From Christensenellaceae bacterium (GTDB lineage Bacteria > Bacillota > Clostridia > Christensenellales > Borkfalkiaceae), in assembly GCA_045648045.1 (NCBI GenBank), contig JAZRNE010000037.1, forward strand, positions 4,721-68,720: a stretch of DNA of 64,000 nucleotides, read 5' to 3'. Shown here piece after piece: positions 36,986 to 46,742 of this stretch (the stretch's first letter is position 1; each line of letters begins with the position of its first letter). Position numbers and translations under genes: made by a program. Under the pieces are notes generated by a model. It searched no databases, was not told where the DNA came from, and saw only the letters and a list, made by a program, of their open reading frames with translations.

Positions 36986-38008
36986 ATGTCAAAAGTAACA
37001 AAAGTTGCAATTAACGGTTTCGGTCGTATCGGCCGTCTCGCTTTCAGACAAATGTTCGGTGCTGAAGGCTACGAAGTCGTTGCTATTAACGACCTTACCA
37101 GCCCTGAAATGCTCGCTCATCTCTTGAAGTATGACACCATGCAAGGTAACTACGTAGCAGCAGGTCACACCGTTGAATCTACTGAAGATTCAATCATCGT
37201 TGACGGCAAGGAAATCAAAATTTCTAAGTGCGCTAACGCTGCTGAATGCCCCTGGGCTCAATACGACGTTGACGTTGTTTTAGAATGTACCGGTTTCTAC
37301 ACCAGCAAAGAAAAGGCATCTGCACACATTACCGCAGGCGCTAAAAAAGTTGTTATCTCTGCTCCTGCAGGTAACGACCTTCCCACTATCGTTTACAACG
37401 TAAACCACAAGACTTTAACCGCTGACGACAAGATTATTTCTGCTGCATCTTGCACCACTAACTGTCTTGCTCCTATGGCTAAGGCTCTTAACGATTACGC
37501 TGCTATTCAATCAGGTATCATGACCACCGTTCACGCTTACACCGGTGACCAAATGATTCTTGACGGTCCTCAAAAGAAGGGCGATAAGAGACGTTCAAGA
37601 GCAGGTGCTATGAACATCGTTCCTAACAGCACCGGCGCTGCAAAAGCAATCGGTCTCGTTATCCCTGAACTCAACGGCAAACTTATCGGTGCTGCTCAAC
37701 GTGTTCCTACCGCTACTGGTTCAACCACTATCCTTATCGCAGTTGTTAAGGGTAAGGACGTTACCAAAGACGGTATCAACGCTGCTATGAAGGCTCAAGC
37801 TACTGAATCTTTCGGTTACAACACCGACGAAATCGTTTCTTCAGACGTTATCGGTATGAAGTTCGGTTCATTGTTTGATGCTACTCAAACCATGGTTTCT
37901 AAGATTGACGATGAAACTTACCAAGTACAAGTTGTTTCTTGGTATGACAACGAAAACTCTTACACCAGCCAAATGGTTAGAACCATCAAATACTTCTCTG
38001 AAATCTAA
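36986..38008 (+). CDS. gap: Type I glyceraldehyde-3-phosphate dehydrogenase
   Basis: [23 protein letters not shown] motifs. ATG 8 nt after ggagg. Confidence 0.95.
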   Translation: MSKVTKVAINGFGRIGRLAFRQMFGAEGYEVVAINDLTSPEMLAHLLKYDTMQGNYVAAGHTVESTEDSIIVDGKEIKISKCANAAECPWAQYDVDVVLECTGFYTSKEKASAHITAGAKKVVISAPAGNDLPTIVYNVNHKTLTADDKIISAASCTTNCLAPMAKALNDYAAIQSGIMTTVHAYTGDQMILDGPQKKGDKRRSRAGAMNIVPNSTGAAKAIGLVIPELNGKLIGAAQRVPTATGSTTILIAVVKGKDVTKDGINAAMKAQATESFGYNTDEIVSSDVIGMKFGSLFDATQTMVSKIDDETYQVQVVSWYDNENSYTSQMVRTIKYFSEI

Positions 38009-38031
38009 TTTTAGAGTAAATTATTGATTAA

Positions 38032-38064
38032 AAACCCCTTACCTAGGTGAGGGGTTTGGTTTTA
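38032..38064 (+). terminator. Rho-independent terminator after gap
   Basis: ccccttacc..ggtgagggg stem followed by tttggtttt. Confidence 0.75.
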
Positions 38065-38100
38065 TAAACAAAATCCTACAAAATTCATAAAGGAGTTACT

Positions 38101-38940
38101 ATGAGAAAAATTGATTTAAAAGTCGTTAGTGATAAAGTTAAAGATTTGTTTATTGACGCTTGCGAAAATATTCCTGAAAACGTTCTCACCGCTCTTAAAA
38201 ACGCTGTGGAAAAAGAAGAATCTCCGCTCGGTAAACAAGTTCTTGAACAAATCGTTGAAAACGCTTATCTCGGTAGAGAAAAACATTTGCCTATTTGTCA
38301 AGATACAGGTCTTGCTATCGTTTATCTTACTATCGGTTCAGAAGTTTATTTTGAAGGTGATATTTACGAAGCGATTAACGACGGCGTTAGAAGAGCGTAT
38401 ACCGAAGGTTATTTGAGAAAATCGGTTGTTCGCCATCCGCTTGACAGGGTAAACACCAAAGATAACACTCCTGCAATCGTACATATTAAGATGGTTCCCG
38501 GCGACACCTTTAAGATTGAAGTTGCTCCCAAGGGTGGCGGAAGTGAAAATATGTCTACCGTTAAAATGCTTATTCCCGCAGATGGTATTGAAGGCGTTAA
38601 AAAACTCGTAGTAGATACGGTATTCCACGCTGGTGGCAAGCCTTGTCCTCCTATCGTAGTTGGCGTTGGTATCGGCGGTAACTTTGAAAAGTGTGCGCTT
38701 ATGGCAAAAGAAGCGTTGCTCCGTGAAATTGACGACGAAAGCGACGACCCGATTGCTAACCAACTTGAAAAAGATCTTTTAGAACTTATCAATAACTGTG
38801 GCGTTGGTCCTATGGGATTTGGCGGAAGAATTACCTGCCTTGCCGTAAAAGTAAACGTTCACCCTTGCCATATCGCAAGTATGCCCGTTGCAATCAACGT
38901 ACAATGCCACGCTGCAAGACACAAATCTTGCACGCTTTAA
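38101..38940 (+). CDS. Class I (Fe-S) fumarate hydratase / hydro-lyase, alpha subunit
   Basis: PICQDTG, KGGGSEN and VGIGG motifs of Fe-S type tartrate/fumarate hydro-lyases. Confidence 0.88.
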   Translation: MRKIDLKVVSDKVKDLFIDACENIPENVLTALKNAVEKEESPLGKQVLEQIVENAYLGREKHLPICQDTGLAIVYLTIGSEVYFEGDIYEAINDGVRRAYTEGYLRKSVVRHPLDRVNTKDNTPAIVHIKMVPGDTFKIEVAPKGGGSENMSTVKMLIPADGIEGVKKLVVDTVFHAGGKPCPPIVVGVGIGGNFEKCALMAKEALLREIDDESDDPIANQLEKDLLELINNCGVGPMGFGGRITCLAVKVNVHPCHIASMPVAINVQCHAARHKSCTL

Positions 38941-38952
38941 TAGGAGGTTAAT

Positions 38953-39498
38953 ATGATAGAACTTAAAAGTCCTTTTAATCCTGAAGAAGTAAAAAAATTG
39001 CGCGCAGGTGACGCCGTTAAAATTACCGGTGTTATCTACACGGGTAGAGACGCTGCACATAAGCGTCTTTGCGAATTGCTTGCTAACAATCAAGAATTGC
39101 CTATTGACGTAAACAATACTGCAATTTATTACGTAGGTCCTACGCCTGCAAAACCCGGTAGAGCAATCGGCTCTGCTGGTCCAACTTCAAGTTATCGTAT
39201 GGACGCTTATTCAGAACCCCTTCTCAAAGAAGGCTTAAAGGTTATGATAGGTAAAGGTCCTAGAAGCAAAGAACTTAAAGAAATGCTCCCCAAATACGGT
39301 GCGGTTTATATGTCGTCAATCGGTGGCGCGGCAGCATCTATTTCGGAAACAATCAAAACTTGTAAAGTGGTTGCCTACGAAGATTTGGGCGCGGAAGCAA
39401 TTCACCGTTTAGAAGTTGAAGATTTCTATGCAATCGTAACTTACGATTCTGAAGGAAACGACCTTTTTGAACAAGGCATTGAAACTTATAAAAAATAA
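38953..39498 (+). CDS. Class I (Fe-S) fumarate hydratase / hydro-lyase, beta subunit
   Basis: L.AGD.V.I.G.IYT.RDAAHKR, GPT.S.RMD and GKG.R motifs. Confidence 0.88.
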   Translation: MIELKSPFNPEEVKKLRAGDAVKITGVIYTGRDAAHKRLCELLANNQELPIDVNNTAIYYVGPTPAKPGRAIGSAGPTSSYRMDAYSEPLLKEGLKVMIGKGPRSKELKEMLPKYGAVYMSSIGGAAASISETIKTCKVVAYEDLGAEAIHRLEVEDFYAIVTYDSEGNDLFEQGIETYKK

Positions 39499-39505
39499 TT
39501 AAAAA

Positions 39506-39537
39506 GAAAAACCTTTGCTTTTTGCAAAGGTTTTTTA
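39506..39537. terminator. Bidirectional rho-independent terminator
   Basis: acctttgc / gcaaaggt stem flanked by A-run and T-run. Confidence 0.8.
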
Positions 39538-39550
39538 TATGCGTGTTTCG

Positions 39551-39718
39551 TTAGGTAAAGTTGGTTTGATTTACGGTATTGTTTGAGCAGAAAAGGTTGC
39601 AACCGTAAGTCGTTGTTGAAAGTAGGGCTAGCAACAAAAGTAGTTGTGTGGTAGAAATCGTGTTGTTATTCACTAGTAAAAACAAAAGGGCAATAAGAGC
39701 CAAGTTGTTTGAACTCAA
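39551..39718 (-). CDS. Candidate small (55 aa) hydrophobic Asn/Thr/Leu-rich peptide
   Basis: In-frame TTG 8 nt after a perfect GGAGG. Two hydrophobic stretches (LALIALLFLLV, LLLLLALL). The stop lies just before the bidirectional terminator. No homology recognised. Confidence 0.3.
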   Translation of the reverse strand: MSSNNLALIALLFLLVNNNTISTTQLLLLLALLSTTTYGCNLFCSNNTVNQTNFT

Positions 39719-39845
39719 AAGATTTACCTCCAAAATATAAAGTTTTTACCATAAAATATAATATGCGACAAATAATTTAAAAATTCCATTTATACTATCT
39801 TATATAATACGTGTACAATCATTATTATATTAAAGTAGGTAGTAT

Positions 39846-40181
39846 ATGAAAGAAATTTTGCTTGACAAAAGATTACAAACTATGGTAAACGATTACGTGC
39901 CCAAAGGCGAAATTTTAGATGATTTGGTGTGTTTTTTCTCAATTTTTGCCGATTATACCCGTTTAAGAATGATTTCGGCGCTCGGTATTAGTGAAATGTG
40001 CGTCAGCGATATATCGTCGCTTTTATGCTTAAACCAAACTACCGTGTCGCATCAACTTCGCTTGTTGAAAAATTTGAACGCTGTAACTACGCGCAGACAA
40101 GGCAAAGTCGTGTTTTATTCTTTAAGAAATGAAGTGCTAAACGACGTTCTTTTAAAAGGAGTAGAATTTTTAGGGTATTAA
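39846..40181 (+). CDS. ArsR/SmtB-family transcriptional regulator
   Basis: FSIFADYTRLRMISAL...EMCVSDIS..L.LNQTTVSHQLR.LK is the winged-HTH signature. Confidence 0.85.
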   Translation: MKEILLDKRLQTMVNDYVPKGEILDDLVCFFSIFADYTRLRMISALGISEMCVSDISSLLCLNQTTVSHQLRLLKNLNAVTTRRQGKVVFYSLRNEVLNDVLLKGVEFLGY

Positions 40182-40220
40182 CTGCTTGTAAAATATAAGA
40201 AAATCGGTTATAATATACAC

Positions 40221-42044
40221 GTGGAGCAATTAAGAGAAAAACTCAAACATTTGCCCGAAAACCCCGGCGTTTACGTTATGCTTGACGCGGACGGGCAAAT
40301 CATTTACGTTGGCAAGGCTAAAAACCTTAAAAACCGTGTTAGGCAATATTTTTTTAGTGGCGTTAAAACCGAAAAGGTTATGGTTATGGTTAAAAATATC
40401 GCCGACTTTTACTATATAATCGCTCCGAGTGAAATTGACGCGCTTTCTCTTGAAAACAATCTTATTAAAAAACATAAGCCTAGATATAATATATTGTTAA
40501 AGGATGATAAAACCTATCCTTACTTAAAGGTTAATTACAAAGAGTGTTTTCCGACCATTACCGTAACAAGAAAAATCAAAAAGGACGGGGCGAAATATTT
40601 TGGTCCGTTCATGGGTGGCGTTTCGGCAAAAAGCGTTCTAGAAATAATTTATTTAGCGTTTGGCATTCGCCCTTGCGATAAAAAACTTAATCCCGAAAAG
40701 CCCCTTAAACCTTGCCTTAATTATCATATAAAAAAGTGCTTTGCGCCGTGCGCAGGGTGCATATCGCAAGAAGAATACTTAACTAGGCTTGACGGTGCGG
40801 TTGCCTTTTTGAGTGGGGACGTTTCGGATACCGAAAACTTGCTCAAACAGAAAATGATAAAAAGTGCCGAGAACGAAGAGTTTGAACTTGCGCTCAAATA
40901 CAAAGAAAATCTTTTGGCGCTTGACAAAATTAAATTAAAGCGTATAACTTCGTTAAACAAGTTCTTAAATGCAGACGTAATTGCTTATAGGGCAAACGGA
41001 ATTTACTCTACGGTAAGCCTTCTTATCGTCCGCAACGGGCGTATGTTAGGCGGAAAAAACTTCTCGTTTGAAAGCGCAACGCTGTCTGATGCCGACGCGC
41101 TAAACGAGTTTATTTTAAGATATTATAAAAAAGATTCGGATATTCCAGACGAAATTATTTGTGGGCAAGAAATAGCCTTTAACGACACGCTAGCCGAGTA
41201 TTTTAAGAAAGAATTTAATAAAAGCGTCAGCATTTTGCACGTTAAACAAGGGGTTAGAAAGCAACTTGCCGATATGGCAGGCGTCAATGCGGAAGAGCAT
41301 TTAGAAACGGCGGTTGATAAAATCAAGCATAAGTCTGATATGACGACTACTGCTTGTAGCGTGTTAAAAGAAAGGCTTTCGCTTTCAAAATATCCCAAAA
41401 GAATGGAATGTTACGATATTTCTAATATCAGCGGTGTTGATAAGGTGGGCAGTATGGTTGTGTTTATTGACGGCGAGCCCGATTACGATTCTTACCGCAG
41501 ATTTAAGATTAAAACTTTTGAAGGTGCGGATGATTTCCGTGCGCATCAAGAAATGATGGAACGCAGGTTGGAAAGGCTTAGTACCGACCCTGAAAAATTC
41601 CCTAAACCCGATTTGATTATCGTTGACGGTGGCAAAGGGCAACTGTCAAGCGTTAAAGAAATTTTTGACAAGTTCGGTATTCATGATATTGATTTAATCG
41701 CACTTGCCGAAAAGAATGAAGAAATTTTTACCTTGACGGATAATAAACCCGTCGTGTTAGAAAAGCGTGATTACTGTTTGCGAATGTTGCAAAGGATACG
41801 TGATGAGGCGCACCGTTTTGCCATAACTTATCATAGAACTTTGCGTGGTAAGCGCGCACTTTCAAGCGTTCTTGATAAGGTAAAAGGGCTAGGAAAGGTA
41901 AAAAAACACGCGTTACTTGAAAAATTTAAGGATTTAAGTGGCATAATAAAAGCAGACAAAGAGCAACTTAAAACTGTTGAAGGTATAGGCGAAGTTCAAG
42001 CAAGCAACATAATTGATGTTTTAACCAAGGAGGGTTTGAGATGA
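40221..42044 (+). CDS. uvrC: Excinuclease ABC subunit C
   Basis: GIY-YIG N-terminus (PGVYVMLD..IIYVGKAKNLKNRV..Y). Also has the UvrBC domain, the endonuclease V domain and a C-terminal (HhH)2. GTG start. Confidence 0.93.
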   Translation: MEQLREKLKHLPENPGVYVMLDADGQIIYVGKAKNLKNRVRQYFFSGVKTEKVMVMVKNIADFYYIIAPSEIDALSLENNLIKKHKPRYNILLKDDKTYPYLKVNYKECFPTITVTRKIKKDGAKYFGPFMGGVSAKSVLEIIYLAFGIRPCDKKLNPEKPLKPCLNYHIKKCFAPCAGCISQEEYLTRLDGAVAFLSGDVSDTENLLKQKMIKSAENEEFELALKYKENLLALDKIKLKRITSLNKFLNADVIAYRANGIYSTVSLLIVRNGRMLGGKNFSFESATLSDADALNEFILRYYKKDSDIPDEIICGQEIAFNDTLAEYFKKEFNKSVSILHVKQGVRKQLADMAGVNAEEHLETAVDKIKHKSDMTTTACSVLKERLSLSKYPKRMECYDISNISGVDKVGSMVVFIDGEPDYDSYRRFKIKTFEGADDFRAHQEMMERRLERLSTDPEKFPKPDLIIVDGGKGQLSSVKEIFDKFGIHDIDLIALAEKNEEIFTLTDNKPVVLEKRDYCLRMLQRIRDEAHRFAITYHRTLRGKRALSSVLDKVKGLGKVKKHALLEKFKDLSGIIKADKEQLKTVEGIGEVQASNIIDVLTKEGLR

Positions 42045-42853
42045 AATATAAACTATTTATAAGCGACTACGACGGCACTTTAGGTGTAGCCCCTGAAAAC
42101 GCTATTGATAGCGAAACGCTTGAAACGATAAACAAATTTATCAAAAAAGGCGGAATTTTCGCGGTTTGTTCGGGGAGAGAAACTTCTTCGATTATGAGAA
42201 TTCTCAAAAAATACGACGCAAAAGGATTGCTTGCATCTCTACAAGGTGCAAAAATCACCGATATCGAAAGTGGCGCTGAAATTTTTAGTGGCGGGCTTTC
42301 TACTGAAGACGCGCTTTGCGCGCTTGACGCGGTTGAATACACGGGGTTAGCCCCTTTGTTTTATCACGAAGGGCAAATGTATTATCAAGAATATAATCCG
42401 TATATCGGTGCTTATGAAAAGTTGGTTGGATTTAAGGGGACAATCGTTGACGTAAAAACGAAAATAAAAGAAATCGGCGCAAAAATATGCAAGATTTGTT
42501 GGCTTGGTGAAGACGAATTAGTTACCGCAACCGCAAAAAAATTAAACGAAAAGTTTAACGGGCAAAAAATTAAGTTTAACAGCGGTGCGACGTGCTTACT
42601 CGAAGCAATTAACCCCGAGTGTAGTAAGGGTAACGCCGTAAGAATTTTGGCAGAGCATTTTAATATTCCGCTCGAACAAGTTATTACTGTTGGCGACAGT
42701 ACGAACGATATAGATTTGTTAGTAGGGCCTTGGCACGGTGTTGCCGTAGGTGATGGAAAAGAAGAATTGAAGGCGGTAGCGGACGAAATAACCTTGCCGT
42801 TCGAGCAAAAACCCGTTAAGTTTTTGCTTGAAAAATATTGCTTAAACGATTAA
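42041..42853 (+). CDS. Cof-type HAD-IIB phosphatase
   Basis: FISDYDGTL, GDS.NDI motifs. Confidence 0.85.
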   Translation: MKYKLFISDYDGTLGVAPENAIDSETLETINKFIKKGGIFAVCSGRETSSIMRILKKYDAKGLLASLQGAKITDIESGAEIFSGGLSTEDALCALDAVEYTGLAPLFYHEGQMYYQEYNPYIGAYEKLVGFKGTIVDVKTKIKEIGAKICKICWLGEDELVTATAKKLNEKFNGQKIKFNSGATCLLEAINPECSKGNAVRILAEHFNIPLEQVITVGDSTNDIDLLVGPWHGVAVGDGKEELKAVADEITLPFEQKPVKFLLEKYCLND

Positions 42854-42869
42854 TACATAAGGTGAAAAA

Positions 42870-45254
42870 ATGACGGAAAAAGAAGTACAAGCATTTATAG
42901 AAGAAATTATTAAAAGTGACGACGATATAAAAGAGAATAGCGTAGAGCCCGAAGCAAAGGTTTTGCCCCTAATAGCGTTGCGTGGCAAGGTGTTATTTCC
43001 AAAAACTTTGCTTAATTTTGACGTGGGTAGACCTATGTCGGTTGCAGCGGTAGAAAACGCAGTAAAGCAAAATTCGGAAATATTCATTACGTCGCAAAGA
43101 AACGCCTTCGTTGAATCGCCCAACGTAGACGATATGTGCAAGGTTGGCGTGGTTGCAAAAATCAAACAGGTTGTAAAAGTTCAAAATACCGATATGGTTA
43201 AACTTGGCGTTAAGGCTCTTTATCGCGCGCGCATACAAGAAGTCGTGAGCACAAAAGGGTATTTTACGGTAAGCGTTACCCCTTGTCCGTATATTGAACC
43301 GACTGATGAAACCGAAACCGAAGCATACCTTCGCGTGGCCAAAAAAACTTTTTTGGAATACGTTAACGGGGATAAGAGAATCGGCAAAGAAATCGTGGGT
43401 ACGCTCACGTCTTTTACCGACCCCAACGAATTTATTGATAACGCCGTTTCGGTCGTTAACTTTAAGGAAAGTGCCGTGCAAGAAATTCTTGAAACGGACG
43501 ATACTTTAGAACGCTTAAAACTTTTCAAATTGCTTTTTGATAAAGAAATAGAAATTGCAAAAATCGAGCGCAAAATTTCGGCAAAAGTTCGTAACAGTAT
43601 TGATAAAAGCCAAAAGGAATTTTATTTAAGAGAACAAATCAAAGCCATTCATTGTGAATTAGGCGAAGCCCCTGAAGAGGGGCAAGTGCTAGTTGACCAA
43701 ATTAAGGCAAAGGGTTTGCCTGCCGAAGTTGAAGAAAAAGCGCTTAAAGAAATTTCAAGGCTTGATAAAATCAATCCGTCGTCACCCGATTATTCAATAA
43801 TTTTGAATTATCTTGACTGGATAAAAGATTTGCCGTTTAATCAAAGCACGGTTGATACCGAAAACTTAAAGCAAGCAAAAGAAATTTTAGATAAAGACCA
43901 TTTTGGCTTGGAAAAAGTTAAGCAAAGAATTGTTGAATACCTTGCAGTTTTGCAATTAACCAAAGAAATAAAAGGGCCTATTCTTTGTTTCGTTGGGCCA
44001 CCCGGGGTGGGTAAAACTTCGGTTGCAACGAGCATCGCAAGGGCGCTTAATAGAAAGTTCGTTAGAATGAGTCTTGGTGGTGTTAAAGACGAATCGGAAA
44101 TTAGGGGGCATAGAAAAACCTACGTTGGCGCAATGCCGGGTAGAATTATTTACGGGCTCAAAAACGCAGGCTCGGATAACCCCGTTTTCTTGCTTGATGA
44201 AATTGATAAACTTTCGTCTGATATACACGGAGACCCCGCTAGCGCGCTGTTAGAAGTATTAGACCCTGAACAAAACACGACTTTCCGCGATAGGTATTTA
44301 GAAGTTCCGTTCGACCTTTCAAAAGTAATGTTTATCACTACTGCAAACACGGTTGATACTATTCCGTATCCATTGCTTGACAGAATGGAAATTATTGAAC
44401 TTACTGGGTATACAAACGAAGAAAAGTTGCAAATTGCAAAGCAATATTTAATACCCAAGCAGTTGAAACTCAACGGCTTAAACGAAAAGAAGTTGGAAAT
44501 AACCGACCAAGCGATAGCCGAAATCGTAAGCGGTTATACTATGGAAGCGGGCGTTAGAAATTTAGAAAGGCAAGTTGGTAGCGTGGTTAGAAAAGTTGCC
44601 ACAAAGTTTGCTGAAAAACCAAAGAGTAAAAAACAAATCGTTGATGAAAAACAAGTTGAAAAATATTTGGGCGTAAAGAAATATCAGCGCGATGCGTCGC
44701 TTGAAAAAGACGAAGTTGGTGCTTGCAACGGGCTTGCTTGGACTAGCGTTGGCGGAACTACTTTGACCATAGAAGTTACGCTCGTTCGTGGAAAAGGCGA
44801 AATTTTACTTACGGGTAAACTTGGCGACGTTATGAAAGAATCCGCGCGTGCCGCTATAAGTTATATCAAAGCAAACGCTACGAAATACGGTATTGACGAG
44901 CAAGATTTTGAAAACAAAGATATTCACGTGCACGTTCCCGAAGGTGCAACCCCCAAGGACGGTCCTAGTGCGGGTATAACAATGGCAACGGCAATTCTTT
45001 CTGCGTTTACAAAAAAACCGGTAAAAAACAGCGTTGCTATGACGGGCGAAATAACTTTGCGCGGTAAAGTTTTGCCTATCGGTGGGCTTAAAGAAAAAGC
45101 ACTTGCCGCATATAGACAAGGGATAAGCGACGTTATTATACCCGAAGCAAACAAAAAAGACCTTGCGGAAATTCCTAAGGAAATACGAAAGCAAATCAAC
45201 TTTATCACGGCGACGAGCGTTGACCAAGTGTTCAAAAAAGCGATAAAGTTTTAA
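42870..45254 (+). CDS. lon: ATP-dependent Lon protease (LonA)
   Basis: LON N-domain, Walker A GPPGVGKTS and the protease Ser motif PKDGPSAG. Confidence 0.96.
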   Translation: MTEKEVQAFIEEIIKSDDDIKENSVEPEAKVLPLIALRGKVLFPKTLLNFDVGRPMSVAAVENAVKQNSEIFITSQRNAFVESPNVDDMCKVGVVAKIKQVVKVQNTDMVKLGVKALYRARIQEVVSTKGYFTVSVTPCPYIEPTDETETEAYLRVAKKTFLEYVNGDKRIGKEIVGTLTSFTDPNEFIDNAVSVVNFKESAVQEILETDDTLERLKLFKLLFDKEIEIAKIERKISAKVRNSIDKSQKEFYLREQIKAIHCELGEAPEEGQVLVDQIKAKGLPAEVEEKALKEISRLDKINPSSPDYSIILNYLDWIKDLPFNQSTVDTENLKQAKEILDKDHFGLEKVKQRIVEYLAVLQLTKEIKGPILCFVGPPGVGKTSVATSIARALNRKFVRMSLGGVKDESEIRGHRKTYVGAMPGRIIYGLKNAGSDNPVFLLDEIDKLSSDIHGDPASALLEVLDPEQNTTFRDRYLEVPFDLSKVMFITTANTVDTIPYPLLDRMEIIELTGYTNEEKLQIAKQYLIPKQLKLNGLNEKKLEITDQAIAEIVSGYTMEAGVRNLERQVGSVVRKVATKFAEKPKSKKQIVDEKQVEKYLGVKKYQRDASLEKDEVGACNGLAWTSVGGTTLTIEVTLVRGKGEILLTGKLGDVMKESARAAISYIKANATKYGIDEQDFENKDIHVHVPEGATPKDGPSAGITMATAILSAFTKKPVKNSVAMTGEITLRGKVLPIGGLKEKALAAYRQGISDVIIPEANKKDLAEIPKEIRKQINFITATSVDQVFKKAIKF

Positions 45255-45262
45255 GGAGAATT

Positions 45263-45886
45263 ATGAAGATTAAAGACGCCGTTTTCGTTACGAGCGTTGC
45301 AAGCGCAAGTAAATTCTTAAAAACGGATAAACCTATTATAGCAGTTGCAGGCAAAAGTAACGTGGGCAAGAGTTCGCTTATAAATATGCTTGCGAATAAA
45401 AACAAACTTGCAAAAACAAGCGTAACGCCGGGTAGAACAAGGCTTATTAATTACTTTGATTTCGGCGAATTTATGCTTGCCGATTTGCCGGGGTACGGCT
45501 TTGCAAAAGTTTCAAAAGAAGAGAAGAAAAAGTGGGGCGCTCTTTTAGAAAGTTTTTTGTCTACTCAAAAAATCACCTTGCTTTTATCATTGGTTGATAT
45601 TCGCCACGACCCGACTGCCGACGACGTTATGATGGTTAATTATTTGTATCATTACGCCGTGCCGTTTGCGCTAGTTGCAACTAAGGCTGACAAACTTGGT
45701 AAAACCAAAATTAAACCGAGAGTAAAAGAGATTGCGTCTTACCTTAGAGTAGGGGTAGCGGACGTTACGGCAACTTCTGCCGAGAACGGTTTTGGCAAGA
45801 ACGAACTGCTAAATATTATTGAACAATCAATTTTGGCAAGCAAAAACGCCGAAAAGATTGACGAAATAGAACAAAGCGAAGAATAA
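45263..45886 (+). CDS. engB: Ribosome biogenesis GTPase YihA/YsxC
   Basis: GKSNVGKSSLIN, DLPGYG, TKADK motifs. Lies after lon as in Bacillus. Confidence 0.92.
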   Translation: MKIKDAVFVTSVASASKFLKTDKPIIAVAGKSNVGKSSLINMLANKNKLAKTSVTPGRTRLINYFDFGEFMLADLPGYGFAKVSKEEKKKWGALLESFLSTQKITLLLSLVDIRHDPTADDVMMVNYLYHYAVPFALVATKADKLGKTKIKPRVKEIASYLRVGVADVTATSAENGFGKNELLNIIEQSILASKNAEKIDEIEQSEE

Positions 45887-45906
45887 GAAAATTTTTACAA
45901 AAGAAA

Positions 45907-45939
45907 ACACCGATTGAATTCAATCGGTGTGATTTTTTT
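45907..45939. terminator. Rho-independent terminator
   Basis: acaccgattg / caatcggtgt 10-bp stem followed by gattttttt. Confidence 0.85.
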
Positions 45940-45957
45940 CTAATGCTTTAACAAGTA

Positions 45958-46635
45958 TTAGTCGATTTTTTTGCCGTAAACCTTTTCGCGCATACGGGGA
46001 AGTGCTGTTTCCGCGCTACCAAGTGGCTCTAACGCATTGCGGTAATCGTGTTTATCGCAAAATCTTTTAAGTTCTTGTTGTAGCCTTTCCATATTGCGCT
46101 TTTGCACTCCGCCAACAATCGAAACGTATTCTTTTGCCATAAAACCTGCCGAACGCGAATATTTTAATAGTTCTGCGTAGTGTTTTAAGCAAAAGCCTTT
46201 AGACTTGATTAAAAGTTTATAAAAATCGCGTTCACGTTCAAACATTTGCGCTATCGTTTTATAATATTTAACCATGCTTTGGTTAACGAAATCGCAAATG
46301 GCGCAAGTTTCAAAAGTACTTAAAAGTGTTTTGCCTTGCTTAATGGCAGAACTAACGTTCTTTTTGTCGTCAATAATTTTCATAAGATTATCAACGCGCG
46401 TTCCCATTTGTAGCGCTACCGAAAGTTTATTCGGGCGAGCAAAAAGCATATCAAAGTGCCTTGCGCAAAAACCTTCTTTGCCCACTTTGATGCGAGTGTT
46501 GTCTTCCATAACGGCGTCGTTTAAAAATTCGTACAAAAATTGTTCTTCAATAATTTTTTGAATTTCGCAAAGTGGACATTCGCATTCCGTCTTAAATTTT
46601 TCGTAAATTAAACCTGTGTCAATATGATATCCCAT
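45958..46635 (-). CDS. Cys-rich hypothetical protein with an internally duplicated CxxC...GFCxxH module
   Basis: Module 1 is CECPLCEI..EGFCARHFDML. Module 2 is ETCAICDFV..KGFCLKHYAELL. No function known to me. Confidence 0.6.
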   Translation of the reverse strand: MGYHIDTGLIYEKFKTECECPLCEIQKIIEEQFLYEFLNDAVMEDNTRIKVGKEGFCARHFDMLFARPNKLSVALQMGTRVDNLMKIIDDKKNVSSAIKQGKTLLSTFETCAICDFVNQSMVKYYKTIAQMFERERDFYKLLIKSKGFCLKHYAELLKYSRSAGFMAKEYVSIVGGVQKRNMERLQQELKRFCDKHDYRNALEPLGSAETALPRMREKVYGKKID

Positions 46636-46742
46636 AACTTTATTTTATCAAATTTATAAAAATATTTCAAGTAATCTATTGCATTTTGTACGTGTGAGTG
46701 ATAAAATAGTTTTAAGATTTTGGCTAATAAAAGGAGCGAGTT

